Positions 19,137 through 26,442 of a DNA stretch of 64,000 bases are shown piece after piece. Source of the DNA: Acinetobacter phage vB_AbaSt_W16. The notes beneath the pieces are model-generated. The model was given only the letters and a program-made list of their open reading frames with translations, did not search any database and was not told where the DNA came from. The translations under genes and the position numbers were made by a program. Positions within the stretch are counted from its first letter, which is position 1; the number at the start of each line of letters is the position of its first letter. The DNA lies in sequence record PP174317.1. One strand, given 5' to 3'.

Positions 19137-19660
19137 TATTCAACCTTTAAAATGTTGTTGTCTTTAAGATAATTTGCTTTCTTGATTACACTACGGGAAT
19201 AACCTGCACCTTTGTGCGTAGCCCAGCCTGCATTATAAGACGCTAAAGCCTTTTCTAAATTGCCATTGTGTGTTTTTAACCAATACTGCATTTCTACTCT
19301 TGCCCAATGGGCCGAGGTATTATGATTTTGGAGTTCTTTCGTGATTTGAGCACGAGATTTATTTACTCCATCTTTAGCCATTCTAGACTTTACTGTCGTG
19401 ACCAAGTTTTGATATTGACCGGCAGCATGTTTGCCTGTTCCGCAGTTGATTCCCGCGCTGGTCTCTTGCCACATAACTGCGGCCATGATGTACCCAAAAT
19501 CAACTCGTGAACCGTTAAATTTTAATGGTTTTGAATGACCATAATGATATGCCTTTTGCATATTTTTAATTTGTTGTGGGCTAAAATCTGGTTTAGCCGC
19601 ATGCAACATGGGCGAAATTGCTAATGCTAACATTAGTAAAAAATACTTAAAATACTTCAT
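19136..19660 (-). CDS. secreted lytic transglycosylase (SLT domain) with an N-terminal signal peptide
   Basis: 174 aa; signal peptide MKYFKYFLLMLALAISPMLHA; SLT motifs WQETSAG (catalytic Glu), AGQYQ, SYNAGW. Confidence 0.75.
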   Translation of the reverse strand: MKYFKYFLLMLALAISPMLHAAKPDFSPQQIKNMQKAYHYGHSKPLKFNGSRVDFGYIMAAVMWQETSAGINCGTGKHAAGQYQNLVTTVKSRMAKDGVNKSRAQITKELQNHNTSAHWARVEMQYWLKTHNGNLEKALASYNAGWATHKGAGYSRSVIKKANYLKDNNILKVE

Positions 19661-19771
19661 AGGAATCTCCTGCTCGTTTGAGCTTGTTTCATTTACGCTA
19701 TGCGCATCCTTCTTAATGATAGGTTAAATGTATTTAATACAATATAGGGTTAAATATTGTATCACACCATA

Positions 19772-19805
19772 ATAAAAAAGGGAACTAATTTGTTCCCTTT
19801 TTTTC
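19772..19805. terminator. bidirectional rho-independent terminator (GGGAAC-TAATTT-GTTCCC flanked by A-run and T-run)
   Basis: Perfect hairpin with an A-run upstream and a T-run downstream; overlaps the 3' end of the truncated GIY-YIG ORF. Confidence 0.75.
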
Positions 19806-20225
19806 TTTTGCCTTTCGGCGTCCTTCCAACATACGAGTGTGCCAAAATTTATAAAATTCTGGGTCTTGCAATTTCTCTTGGAGGACTTGTGACGCTTTAA
19901 TATTGCGTTCACGAATTAATTCAGTTGAATTGGTGGCATTTACATAATCGAACCCACCAAGGCCACCTAATTTAATGTTATATGAGTTCGGATTTGAGAC
20001 CAAATCGGCATCGACTAGCTCCTTTTCGTGTTCATACATTGCATCTTGGGTATCGTGATATTTTAGAATTTCTTTTGTGAAATTATGAATACCATATTTT
20101 TTAATTGCCCGTTTAATAATTGTACCTGAGCCCATATAACCATCATCTAAATTGGATGTTTTATGAGCCCCGATATAAAAATGACCATTAACGTTGTTAG
20201 TGATCTTGTATGTGTAATAAAACAT
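19785..20225 (-). mobile_element. truncated GIY-YIG homing endonuclease (Seg-like) paralog
   Basis: 146 aa; N-terminal YTYKITN...GHFYIGAHKT GIY-YIG motif; first ~100 aa closely parallel ORF 26433..27095; lacks the C-terminal NUMOD/DNA-binding part; ends with TAG inside the terminator hairpin. Confidence 0.7.
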
Positions 20226-20275
20226 CTTTCCACTTTACAAAACCTTAATAATAGTATTTATAAAGTGGAATGGTC

Positions 20276-20623
20276 TTATTTCATACGAGCGTATCCGTTT
20301 TTCTTAATATAGCGTAAAACTTCAGTTCGATATTTAGATTTAACCTGATCTGTAACGTCTTTGCCATTACTATTAATAATGCGCCACATTTCATTTTGTT
20401 TAACATACGCAAACCCAAAACGATTATGCAAGGCTTCTCGAGAAATAGCCAAAAATAAGCCTACCATATCAAATTCATATCGAATTGAACTTTGAGGCGA
20501 ATCCTCTTGGATTTTAAGCCAATACTGGGCAAGTCGAGTTGTACTTCGATTTGAGTCAAAATATGACCAAGCGCAAAGACATAATAAAAGTACAAAAGCT
20601 GAAATTAAAATACATGCTACCAT
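20276..20623 (-). CDS. membrane-anchored hypothetical protein
   Basis: 115 aa; N-terminal TM helix MVACILISAFVLLLCLCAWSY. Confidence 0.45.
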   Translation of the reverse strand: MVACILISAFVLLLCLCAWSYFDSNRSTTRLAQYWLKIQEDSPQSSIRYEFDMVGLFLAISREALHNRFGFAYVKQNEMWRIINSNGKDVTDQVKSKYRTEVLRYIKKNGYARMK

Positions 20624-20624
20624 A

Positions 20625-20885
20625 TCATTCTCCCAATGATGCCAACCATTCTTGATGGTTTATTTCTGATTGAATTGCGATTGCTTCAGATAAAAGTTCT
20701 TTTATTTCATCTACATCCGCATTATCTTCCCCTGTTACCCAAAAAGTACTCACGCAACCAAGTTCTGTGCCAAGTTCTTTTATTACATTAATGACAGTGC
20801 TTACGTTATTATCAAAATATGGAATGAGATAGTTGTAATGATCTGTTGATTCGGTAACTAAATGTATTGCTACAAATAATTTCAT
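20625..20885 (-). CDS. hypothetical protein
   Basis: 86 aa. Confidence 0.4.
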   Translation of the reverse strand: MKLFVAIHLVTESTDHYNYLIPYFDNNVSTVINVIKELGTELGCVSTFWVTGEDNADVDEIKELLSEAIAIQSEINHQEWLASLGE

Positions 20886-21346
20886 TAGGTTATCTCCATT
20901 AATGACAGCATACGATAATCGCGCTGAATGTCAAATAAGAACATACCACTCAATGAACTAATAGTACCATGATGTTCTAAAATACCTACAGATACTTTTA
21001 GATCACGCAAATTTATATATTTTACCAAATATCGACCATATGCAATTGATTTCATTGATTCTTTATCAAAGCTCTTAGGCATATTGAAAATAGTCTGTTC
21101 ACCCAATTCAATGTTAAATTGACAGTTGTATTCAGCAATAACTTCTTTAATATACCATCTATAGATTTTGAACCCATCTACAACAAATTCAATATCAGTA
21201 TTTTTAACTGTAACTTGGGCAGAAACAATTTCATTCGCTTGTTCGTGAGTATCATCAAATACAATTTTAAAAGATACTCCAGGCACTTTTAAAAGATTTG
21301 AAATTTTCCACCAATCACTTGGCGATATTGATGTTTTAATAACCAT
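20885..21346 (-). CDS. hypothetical protein
   Basis: 153 aa. Confidence 0.4.
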   Translation of the reverse strand: MVIKTSISPSDWWKISNLLKVPGVSFKIVFDDTHEQANEIVSAQVTVKNTDIEFVVDGFKIYRWYIKEVIAEYNCQFNIELGEQTIFNMPKSFDKESMKSIAYGRYLVKYINLRDLKVSVGILEHHGTISSLSGMFLFDIQRDYRMLSLMEIT

Positions 21347-21533
21347 TCCATAATCCCGATAAACTTAAACATAAACACGTACAACCTATAATAAATGGTA
21401 TCGGTTTAAATTTATATGTCGACTGTGTACAAAAAATATACAAACCGTCAATTATTAAAGATAGGCCTACAAAACAACCTATAATATAACCTAATACATT
21501 TACATCCATAATTACATCGCCTTTAATGCGCAA
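21336..21533 (-). CDS. small two-TM membrane protein (holin-like topology)
   Basis: 65 aa; two hydrophobic segments. Confidence 0.4.
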   Translation of the reverse strand: MRIKGDVIMDVNVLGYIIGCFVGLSLIIDGLYIFCTQSTYKFKPIPFIIGCTCLCLSLSGLWNGY

Positions 21534-22117
21534 AAGTCTACAGCTTCAACAAACTCTTTGTCATTTTTAATTTCAATATTTGCTGCAGCACATGCTGGTA
21601 ACGCTTTTTGAAATGCAGGATCATCTCTATATGATTTATCTTCGCCGGCAATAGCAGGTAATTCGTTTTCAAAATCATCGACATCATTAAACCCTGCAAT
21701 CTCAGACTCATTTAATTCGAGACCTACATTTTCACGTGGCAATTGAACTCGATCTTTTTCAGGAATAATCGGATAAGGTTTTAATGTTTCATCAACACAT
21801 TTTTCAACTTTAACTTGATACTCTTGTAATACAGTTGCGCCGTAATCACTAGACATATCAATATTTTTCAGTAAGTTTTCAAATTTAGAATTACATACGG
21901 CAATAGCTTTAAATGCAATTGAACCATATAATTCTGCGGCTTTATATTCGGCTTCAGTTTCAAGAGAAAAATTTGTATTAACAGTTGTATGCTCTTGAAG
22001 ATTTTTTACACCATATTGCATTTCGTTAACAGTAGGAGCTGCTGTAGCTTCTTTATGTGTACTACATCCAACTAAGCTTAAAGATGCGATTGAAATAGCT
22101 AAAAGTAATTTGTTCAT
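21512..22117 (-). CDS. lipoprotein (lipobox LVGC); start assigned to the MNKLLL ATG
   Basis: Signal peptide MNKLLLAISIASLSLVGC followed by STHKE; the tracked ORF extends to 22135. Confidence 0.55.
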   Translation of the reverse strand: MNKLLLAISIASLSLVGCSTHKEATAAPTVNEMQYGVKNLQEHTTVNTNFSLETEAEYKAAELYGSIAFKAIAVCNSKFENLLKNIDMSSDYGATVLQEYQVKVEKCVDETLKPYPIIPEKDRVQLPRENVGLELNESEIAGFNDVDDFENELPAIAGEDKSYRDDPAFQKALPACAAANIEIKNDKEFVEAVDFCALKAM

Positions 22118-22241
22118 GATTATCTCACAATACATTTATTCATTCATTGGTGCTATTATATAAGCAAAAAATTAAAAGCGTACATATATCAAATGTAAAC
22201 TTTTGTAACCGAAAAATAATTCAATTATTTTTCAATAAAGG

Positions 22242-22272
22242 GTTTACAAGTCGGTTGAACTGAGCCATAATA
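22242..22272 (+). promoter_or_regulatory. candidate early promoter (GTTTAC -35, 18-nt spacer, CATAAT -10) with an AT-rich UP region
   Basis: ggGTTTACaagtcggttgaactgagcCATAATac about 35 nt upstream of the ATG at 22305; T4 early promoters use a GTTTAC-type -35. Confidence 0.5.
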
Positions 22273-22304
22273 CACTCATACCAACACAACATGAGTAAAT
22301 TGAA

Positions 22305-22724
22305 ATGAAAAACTTATTTTTAGTAATGACTGCAAACTTCGAAGTTTCTTATGTATCTACTGCACCGGTTGCAGATAATGGAGCTGAAATTGTTGTACGT
22401 CAAGATATTCTTAAACATCTTAGTGTTACACAATTGGTTCAAATCGCTAAAAGCATGAACCCTGAATTAAAAGTTAATAATAAACAAGCGCGTGAAATCA
22501 TTCTTGCCGCTATTGATGAAGAAATTGTTAAAATCCCAGTTAAATCGACTGAAACTAAAACAGTATCTTCTAAATCAATTTGTTATGCGGCATTTGATTT
22601 AATCGATATGGATAATAAAGAAGTTGCACGTTCTACTGTTGAAGCTTTGATTACAGAGCACAATATTCCAAAACGTGTTGTTCAATCTTATGCATCAAAC
22701 TATCGTAAAGCTAAACGCGCATAA
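22305..22724 (+). CDS. hypothetical protein, lone plus-strand gene within the minus-strand early region
   Basis: 139 aa; has its own promoter-like element and a strong terminator. Confidence 0.6.
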   Translation: MKNLFLVMTANFEVSYVSTAPVADNGAEIVVRQDILKHLSVTQLVQIAKSMNPELKVNNKQAREIILAAIDEEIVKIPVKSTETKTVSSKSICYAAFDLIDMDNKEVARSTVEALITEHNIPKRVVQSYASNYRKAKRA

Positions 22725-22735
22725 AATTTAAGTAT

Positions 22736-22770
22736 GAAAAAACCCGCAAATTGCGGGTTTTCTTTTATTT
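22736..22770 (+). terminator. strong rho-independent terminator (A-run, ACCCGCAA-AT-TTGCGGGT, T-run); bidirectional
   Basis: gaaaaaaCCCGCAAATTGCGGGttttcttttattt. Confidence 0.85.
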
Positions 22771-22858
22771 GGCGGAAAGCAGTGTAGTCGAAACACAACC
22801 GATTTAACGGTCCACTCGGTTAGCAGTCGGTGCCAATGACCTCATTGATTTACTTTCC
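22770..22858 (-). ncRNA. tRNA-like element (type-II architecture, Ser-GCU-like anticodon loop CTGCTAA, encoded CCA) with a defective D-arm
   Basis: Acceptor GGAAAGT/GCTTTCC+G+CCA, T-arm GTGT-TTCGACT-ACAC, variable-arm hairpin ACCG-TTAAAT-CGGT; the D-arm cannot form canonically. Confidence 0.35.
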
Positions 22859-22859
22859 A

Positions 22860-23090
22860 TTATTGAATTACTGCAGTAGGTGTATAAAAATTAGATAATA
22901 CACTTAAAATCTTATCTAATTCAACTAATGCATGATATCGATTTTTATAAACTGATCTATGTTCGGTACATTCAACTTTGATACCAGTTGAAATATGAGT
23001 AACTCGAACACCTCTATCGGGCGTATTAACCCAATTACTATGTTTGCCTACTCTAAATGTATCAATTCTAATATCAGAAGGTAGTAGCAT
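22860..23090 (-). CDS. release-factor RF1 domain-3 (GGQ/peptidyl-tRNA hydrolase domain) homolog lacking the GGQ motif
   Basis: 76 aa; SDIRIDTFRVGKHSNWVNTPDRGVRVTHISTGIKVECTEHRSVYKNRYHAL aligns with bacterial RF1 ...[51 protein letters not shown] (from memory); GAGGQH replaced by GKHSNW; GAGGAAA RBS 7 nt upstream of the ATG. Confidence 0.7.
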   Translation of the reverse strand: MLLPSDIRIDTFRVGKHSNWVNTPDRGVRVTHISTGIKVECTEHRSVYKNRYHALVELDKILSVLSNFYTPTAVIQ

Positions 23091-23102
23091 TTTAATTTCC
23101 TC

Positions 23103-23216
23103 ATTTAAAAATACGAGCGGGAATCGAACCCGCTAGCGCCGTATGGTCTTACGCGAACCATTCTTTCAATGGAATCGAACCATCTGCAGCCTCCGCCGGC
23201 ACCTTCCACCAAGGTA
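23103..23216 (-). ncRNA. tRNA-like or degenerate region containing two GGTTCGATTCC T-arm motifs and an anticodon-like hairpin (loop CGCGTAA)
   Basis: Minus strand ...GATGG-TTCGATT-CCATT...TGGTT-CGCGTAA-GACCA...GCGGG-TTCGATT-CCCGC...; no canonical acceptor pairing found. Confidence 0.3.
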
Positions 23217-23666
23217 TCAGGTAATAATATAAATTGGTTTTTGTGGTAATATCGTCTCTAAATTATCAATAGTTCGACGAATTTTTGCCATCAAGTTTTT
23301 ATCAACAATTGCGTCAGGTCCAACATTAATAAAAACACGTTCGATTGTTTTAAGGGCATCAAATCCACGTAAGGAATTTGCATTTCTATAACCAGTAGAA
23401 AAAATAAAACAATCTTGGCCCAAATCAGATTTAAAATTCCGTGCTGCAGGTAAAGACTGTGCAACATAAAGATCAGTATCTTTATTAAAAATTTCTAAAA
23501 TATTTTTAGTACAATTAATAGGTGTGCACACATAAATCATACGATTGTAAATGGCATCTATAGGTTTATACGTTATTGGAGTTGTGGTTGCAGCTTTCTC
23601 TTTTACCTTATGGCATGTAAGATCTAAAAATCGTTGTAACTCATTCATAACATTCCATCCAAACAT
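23217..23666 (-). CDS. hypothetical protein
   Basis: 149 aa; the ATG follows directly after the terminator U-run and has no SD; the true start may be an internal Met. Confidence 0.5.
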   Translation of the reverse strand: MFGWNVMNELQRFLDLTCHKVKEKAATTTPITYKPIDAIYNRMIYVCTPINCTKNILEIFNKDTDLYVAQSLPAARNFKSDLGQDCFIFSTGYRNANSLRGFDALKTIERVFINVGPDAIVDKNLMAKIRRTIDNLETILPQKPIYIIT

Positions 23667-23703
23667 AATAAAAAATTGCCCAGGTTGGTAAGTTCAACCT
23701 GGG
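23666..23703 (-). terminator. rho-independent terminator downstream of the tRNA-Trp gene (CCCAGGTTG-7nt-CAACCTGGG followed by a U-run)
   Basis: Perfect 9-bp stem, then CAATTTTTTATT on the minus strand. Confidence 0.75.
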
Positions 23704-23734
23704 TCTTACAAGTCCCTTTAGGGAACTATTTGGC

Positions 23735-23806
23735 GGCGTCGCCAAGGACTCGAACCCTGGATTGCGGATTTGGAATCCACCGTGTTTCCAACTACACTAA
23801 CGACCC
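23735..23806 (-). tRNA. tRNA-Trp (anticodon CCA); CCA tail not encoded
   Basis: Cloverleaf: acceptor GGGTCGT/GCGACGC (one G-G mismatch at 2-71), D-arm GTGT-AGTTGGAA-ACAC, anticodon arm GTGGA-TTCCAAA-TCCGC, T-arm CAGGG-TTCGAGT-CCTTG. Confidence 0.6.
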
Positions 23807-24046
23807 TTAAACTGCAAATGTGCCAGCATGAAATAATCTCAAACACAATATAAAACCTGTTGTCAACGCAGGAAAGCTTAATGGCATGTCACGATATAAA
23901 TTGACAAGTGCATGCAAGCTGTTCTTTTTTAATTATATAGTAAGCACCAACAAATTGTGAAACGGTGGAATGAGTGAGGCAATTTGCTTTACTCAAGTAC
24001 CTATACTTACTATAGTGTATATTCGTCTTACGAGAAATATACAAAT

Positions 24047-24123
24047 TGGTCTCCGTAGAATGATTTGAACATTCGACACCTGCGTCCCAAACGCAGTGCT
24101 CTACCAGACTGAGCTATACGGAG
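24047..24123 (-). tRNA. tRNA-Pro (anticodon TGG), CCA encoded
   Basis: Perfect cloverleaf: CTCCGTA/TACGGAG acceptor, GCTC-AGTCTGGTA-GAGC, CTGCG-TTTGGGA-CGCAG, GAATG-TTCAAAT-CATTC, discriminator A+CCA. Confidence 0.9.
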
Positions 24124-24244
24124 TTAAATTGCCGTGAAATGTCCTTTTATACTTTCGAGCATTTCACCACTCAATAAGTAAATCTTGAAGCTTTATTTGT
24201 TTTACAAGAGGAAACTTCGTCCTGCTTATCAGGCAATTTAAAAA

Positions 24245-24339
24245 TGGCGGAAGGTGAGGGGGTCGAACCCTCAAGGCGTGTCACCACGCTCGACTGATTT
24301 CAAGTCAGCTGCCGTCGCCAGCTTTCGGCTTGACCTTCC
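24245..24339 (-). tRNA. tRNA-Ser (anticodon TGA), type II with a long variable arm, CCA encoded
   Basis: Acceptor GGAAGGT/ACCTTCC+G+CCA, anticodon arm GCTGA-CTTGAAA-TCAGT, variable arm GCGTG-GTGA-CACGC, T-arm GAGGG-TTCGACC-CCCTC. Confidence 0.85.
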
Positions 24340-24406
24340 AATAAAATATTGACGACCTAAGAACCTTTACACCAATAATGGAGACTTAGGACCCTTTACA
24401 TCAATT

Positions 24407-24485
24407 TGGCTCCCACCGTGAGATTCGAACTCACCTAACCTCGGATTAACAGTCCGGTCCATGCACCTAGCTCGGATTCGTGGGA
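24407..24485 (-). tRNA. tRNA-Asn-like (anticodon GTT) with an 11-nt D-loop, CCA encoded
   Basis: Acceptor TCCCACG/GGTGGGA (one 7-66 mismatch), anticodon arm CCGGA-CTGTTAA-TCCGA (one mismatch), T-arm GTGAG-TTCGAAT-CTCAC. Confidence 0.55.
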
Positions 24486-24492
24486 ATAATTC

Positions 24493-24568
24493 TGGTGCCG
24501 ACACGAGGATTTGAACCCCGGACCCTCTGATTACAAAACAGACGCTCTACCAACTGAGCTATGACGGC
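24493..24568 (-). tRNA. tRNA-Thr (anticodon TGT), CCA encoded
   Basis: Acceptor GCCGTCA/TGTCGGC (one U-U mismatch), D-arm GCTC-AGTTGGTA-GAGC, anticodon arm TCTGT-TTTGTAA-TCAGA, T-arm CGGGG-TTCAAAT-CCTCG, A+CCA. Confidence 0.8.
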
Positions 24569-24570
24569 AA

Positions 24571-24662
24571 ATCATTAATCAAATGAACCCAGGATACAAT
24601 TCGAATTTTGCGAGGATAAGTCGCTCATCTACCGGTATCGCCAAGATCATTTGATTAATGAT
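24571..24662 (-). ncRNA. structured RNA element closed by a perfect 16-bp stem (ATCATTAATCAAATGA/TCATTTGATTAATGAT) immediately 5' of tRNA-Thr
   Basis: Exact 16-nt inverted repeat flanking a 60-nt core that contains a TTCGAAT T-loop-like motif and internal hairpins. Confidence 0.35.
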
Positions 24663-24765
24663 CTTATACATTTATTTATACAACCCAAAAGGGCACCAGT
24701 ATGACCACTTGCCGAGAACACAGTGAGTTAAAACTCTTTATGACAAGATTAATAAAATTTGATCG

Positions 24766-24826
24766 TTAAAACTTTGAACTTTACGAAATAAAAACTTTAA
24801 TCTTTGAGATTTAAACTTTAAGCTTT
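24766..24826. repeat. three degenerate tandem repeats (~18 bp, AAAACTTTgAAcTTT-like) in the noncoding region upstream of the tRNA cluster
   Basis: taaaactttgaacttt / ataaaaactttaatcttt / tttaaactttaagcttt. Confidence 0.4.
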
Positions 24827-24970
24827 CGCAATTTTGGGATAATGTACAGTCTTCGCGCATGGGAATCTGTATCACCATCAAAGTTCTATAACCTTAGAAG
24901 TTAGCCGATTTTAGGATGCATCGGCTAGAACCCTCTACAGTTTTTGATCATACTGATTTTATTTAAAACA

Positions 24971-25540
24971 TTAATCTAAAACAATTAATGGATTATTTTC
25001 TGTTAAAATTGCGTCGAATTCAAGCTCGAAGAAATCTATTGTCTTTTTAATTTCATCGAGTTCTTCTTGTATGTCCAGAATTGTAGGTTTTTCTCGTTTT
25101 TCCAACAATGTCTTGAACTCGGCGTCATCTGATGGAGTTTTGAGCATCTTGGCATCAAACTCACGTTCAACTTGAACAAACAGTGAACGATTTGCAGCTA
25201 AATCTTTTTGCATTTTAGCATATAAGGCTTTAAGCTGAGGTAAAACATGAGTACGATACGTTAACGCATCATTAATACTCATTTCCATGCTGCCAATTTG
25301 AATTGTATGCTTTGCATTGGCACGATTAATAGCACAGCGTAATTTAAATTCTTCCGCTAAACGGTCTTTAAATGATTGGATATTACGACGACTTCCTTCG
25401 GAAAATTCTTTAATCGGTCGTGCTGTTGAAATTTCAACTCCATTACGGAATACACCAGAAAATGCTGCATCACGAAGATCTGAAGTGAATGATACTTTAT
25501 TGCGTTTTAACGTAACTAAACCACGAGCGATTGTAGTCAT
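24971..25540 (-). CDS. hypothetical protein
   Basis: 189 aa; helical/charged; no motif recognised. Confidence 0.5.
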   Translation of the reverse strand: MTTIARGLVTLKRNKVSFTSDLRDAAFSGVFRNGVEISTARPIKEFSEGSRRNIQSFKDRLAEEFKLRCAINRANAKHTIQIGSMEMSINDALTYRTHVLPQLKALYAKMQKDLAANRSLFVQVEREFDAKMLKTPSDDAEFKTLLEKREKPTILDIQEELDEIKKTIDFFELEFDAILTENNPLIVLD

Positions 25541-25613
25541 AATAAATTCCTCTATTCAAAAATAAACTTTATGTGATCATTATATCATTAAATTATGAAA
25601 AGCAACTTAATTA

Positions 25614-25766
25614 CTAATCATGTCCAACTTTTTTATTACATAGTATACAAGTAGATTCTTTAGAATAATAACCCATATCATTTAACATTCTAGCTGTATA
25701 TGAATCATTATCTTTAGTTACTTGATAATAATGTTTGCAAAATAACTGTTTGAAGAACTTAATCAT
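25614..25766 (-). CDS. possible small Cys/His protein (50 aa)
   Basis: MIKFFKQLFCKHYY...CILCNKKVGHD; its ATG overlaps the upstream stop (ATGA); below the tracker's length cutoff. Confidence 0.3.
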   Translation of the reverse strand: MIKFFKQLFCKHYYQVTKDNDSYTARMLNDMGYYSKESTCILCNKKVGHD

Positions 25767-26005
25767 TTAAGACGCACCTTGGCTTCAAAAACAAATCTGT
25801 ATTCATCATCCGTCAAAACTTTGGCTCGTTCATAAGAAGTTGCCATTCTTAAAACGGCACCAGTATATGATACAATTGCAAAAACACAATTCTTAGAATC
25901 TTTATTGGCAATTTCACCAACTTTAAATCTAAATTTTTTATACGTATATTTATTATCATACGTACATAAAAATTGTGCTAAATTTTTAGAAAATGTAAAT
26001 CTCAT
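25763..26005 (-). CDS. hypothetical protein
   Basis: 80 aa. Confidence 0.4.
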   Translation of the reverse strand: MRFTFSKNLAQFLCTYDNKYTYKKFRFKVGEIANKDSKNCVFAIVSYTGAVLRMATSYERAKVLTDDEYRFVFEAKVRLK

Positions 26006-26206
26006 TAATTTACCATCTTCATTTAAAATTCCATAAATTGAACGGCTTGATGTTTTATCAATGCACTTGCGACAAATCTATTTATTCATGGTAAACCTCA
26101 TCAATTAAGGGTTAAAAGAAATAAAGGAGGTTTTTCATTCAAGGACCTCATACCTTTGCCAATGAGAGGGCATGCTAAGCAGTGGTCACATCTCAGGCTA
26201 TGAATT

Positions 26207-26282
26207 TGGTGGATACCGGGAGTGCTTGCACCTCCAATCAACTACGTTGTCCGCTGCTTTACTATTTAAGCTAACAGTACCC
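26207..26282 (-). ncRNA. tRNA-like element (paired acceptor stem with two G-U pairs plus encoded CCA) with non-canonical D, anticodon and T arms
   Basis: GGGTACT...GGTATCC-A-CCA, 76 nt; T-arm GGAG-9nt-CTCC lacks the TTC consensus; no 7-nt anticodon loop can be drawn. Confidence 0.3.
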
Positions 26283-26283
26283 A

Positions 26284-26360
26284 TGGAGACGCCGGATGGA
26301 TTCGAACCCTCATCGACGCGGATTTGCAATCCGCCGCATAACCAATTCTGCCACGACGTC
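26284..26360 (-). tRNA. tRNA-Cys (anticodon GCA), CCA encoded
   Basis: Acceptor GACGTCG/CGGCGTC, anticodon arm GCGGA-TTGCAAA-TCCGC, T-loop TTCGAAT, T+CCA. Confidence 0.75.
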
Positions 26361-26367
26361 TTAAACT

Positions 26368-26442
26368 TGGTGGGCCCAGGGAATTTCGAAATCCCAACCT
26401 TCAGATTATGAGTCTGCTGCTCCGCCTTTGAGCTATAGGCCC
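26368..26442 (-). tRNA. tRNA-Met/Ile2 (anticodon CAT), CCA encoded
   Basis: Acceptor GGGCCTA/TGGGCCC+A+CCA, D-arm GCTC-AAAGGCG-GAGC, anticodon loop CTCATAA, T-loop TTCGAAA; the 5' 10 nt overlap the stop of the GIY-YIG gene. Confidence 0.75.

Noticed and set aside
19740-19787. Possible amber readthrough extending the truncated GIY-YIG ORF past its TAG
   Set aside because: Translation beyond the TAG adds only 16 residues (FPFLLWCDTIFNPILY) with no similarity to the NUMOD tail of the full-length paralog.
19724-19912. 61-aa minus-strand ORF overlapping the end of the truncated GIY-YIG gene
   Set aside because: It is an alternative frame of the same DNA that spans a terminator hairpin; no RBS.
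23870-23935. Plus-strand hairpin (AAGCTT..GCATG / CATGCAAGCT) followed by TTTTTT between tRNA-Trp and tRNA-Pro, possibly an orphan plus-strand terminator
   Set aside because: The stem is interrupted by a bulge, and the 22-nt loop is too large for an intrinsic terminator. There is no plus-strand gene upstream. More likely a fortuitous structure or part of a minus-strand stable RNA.
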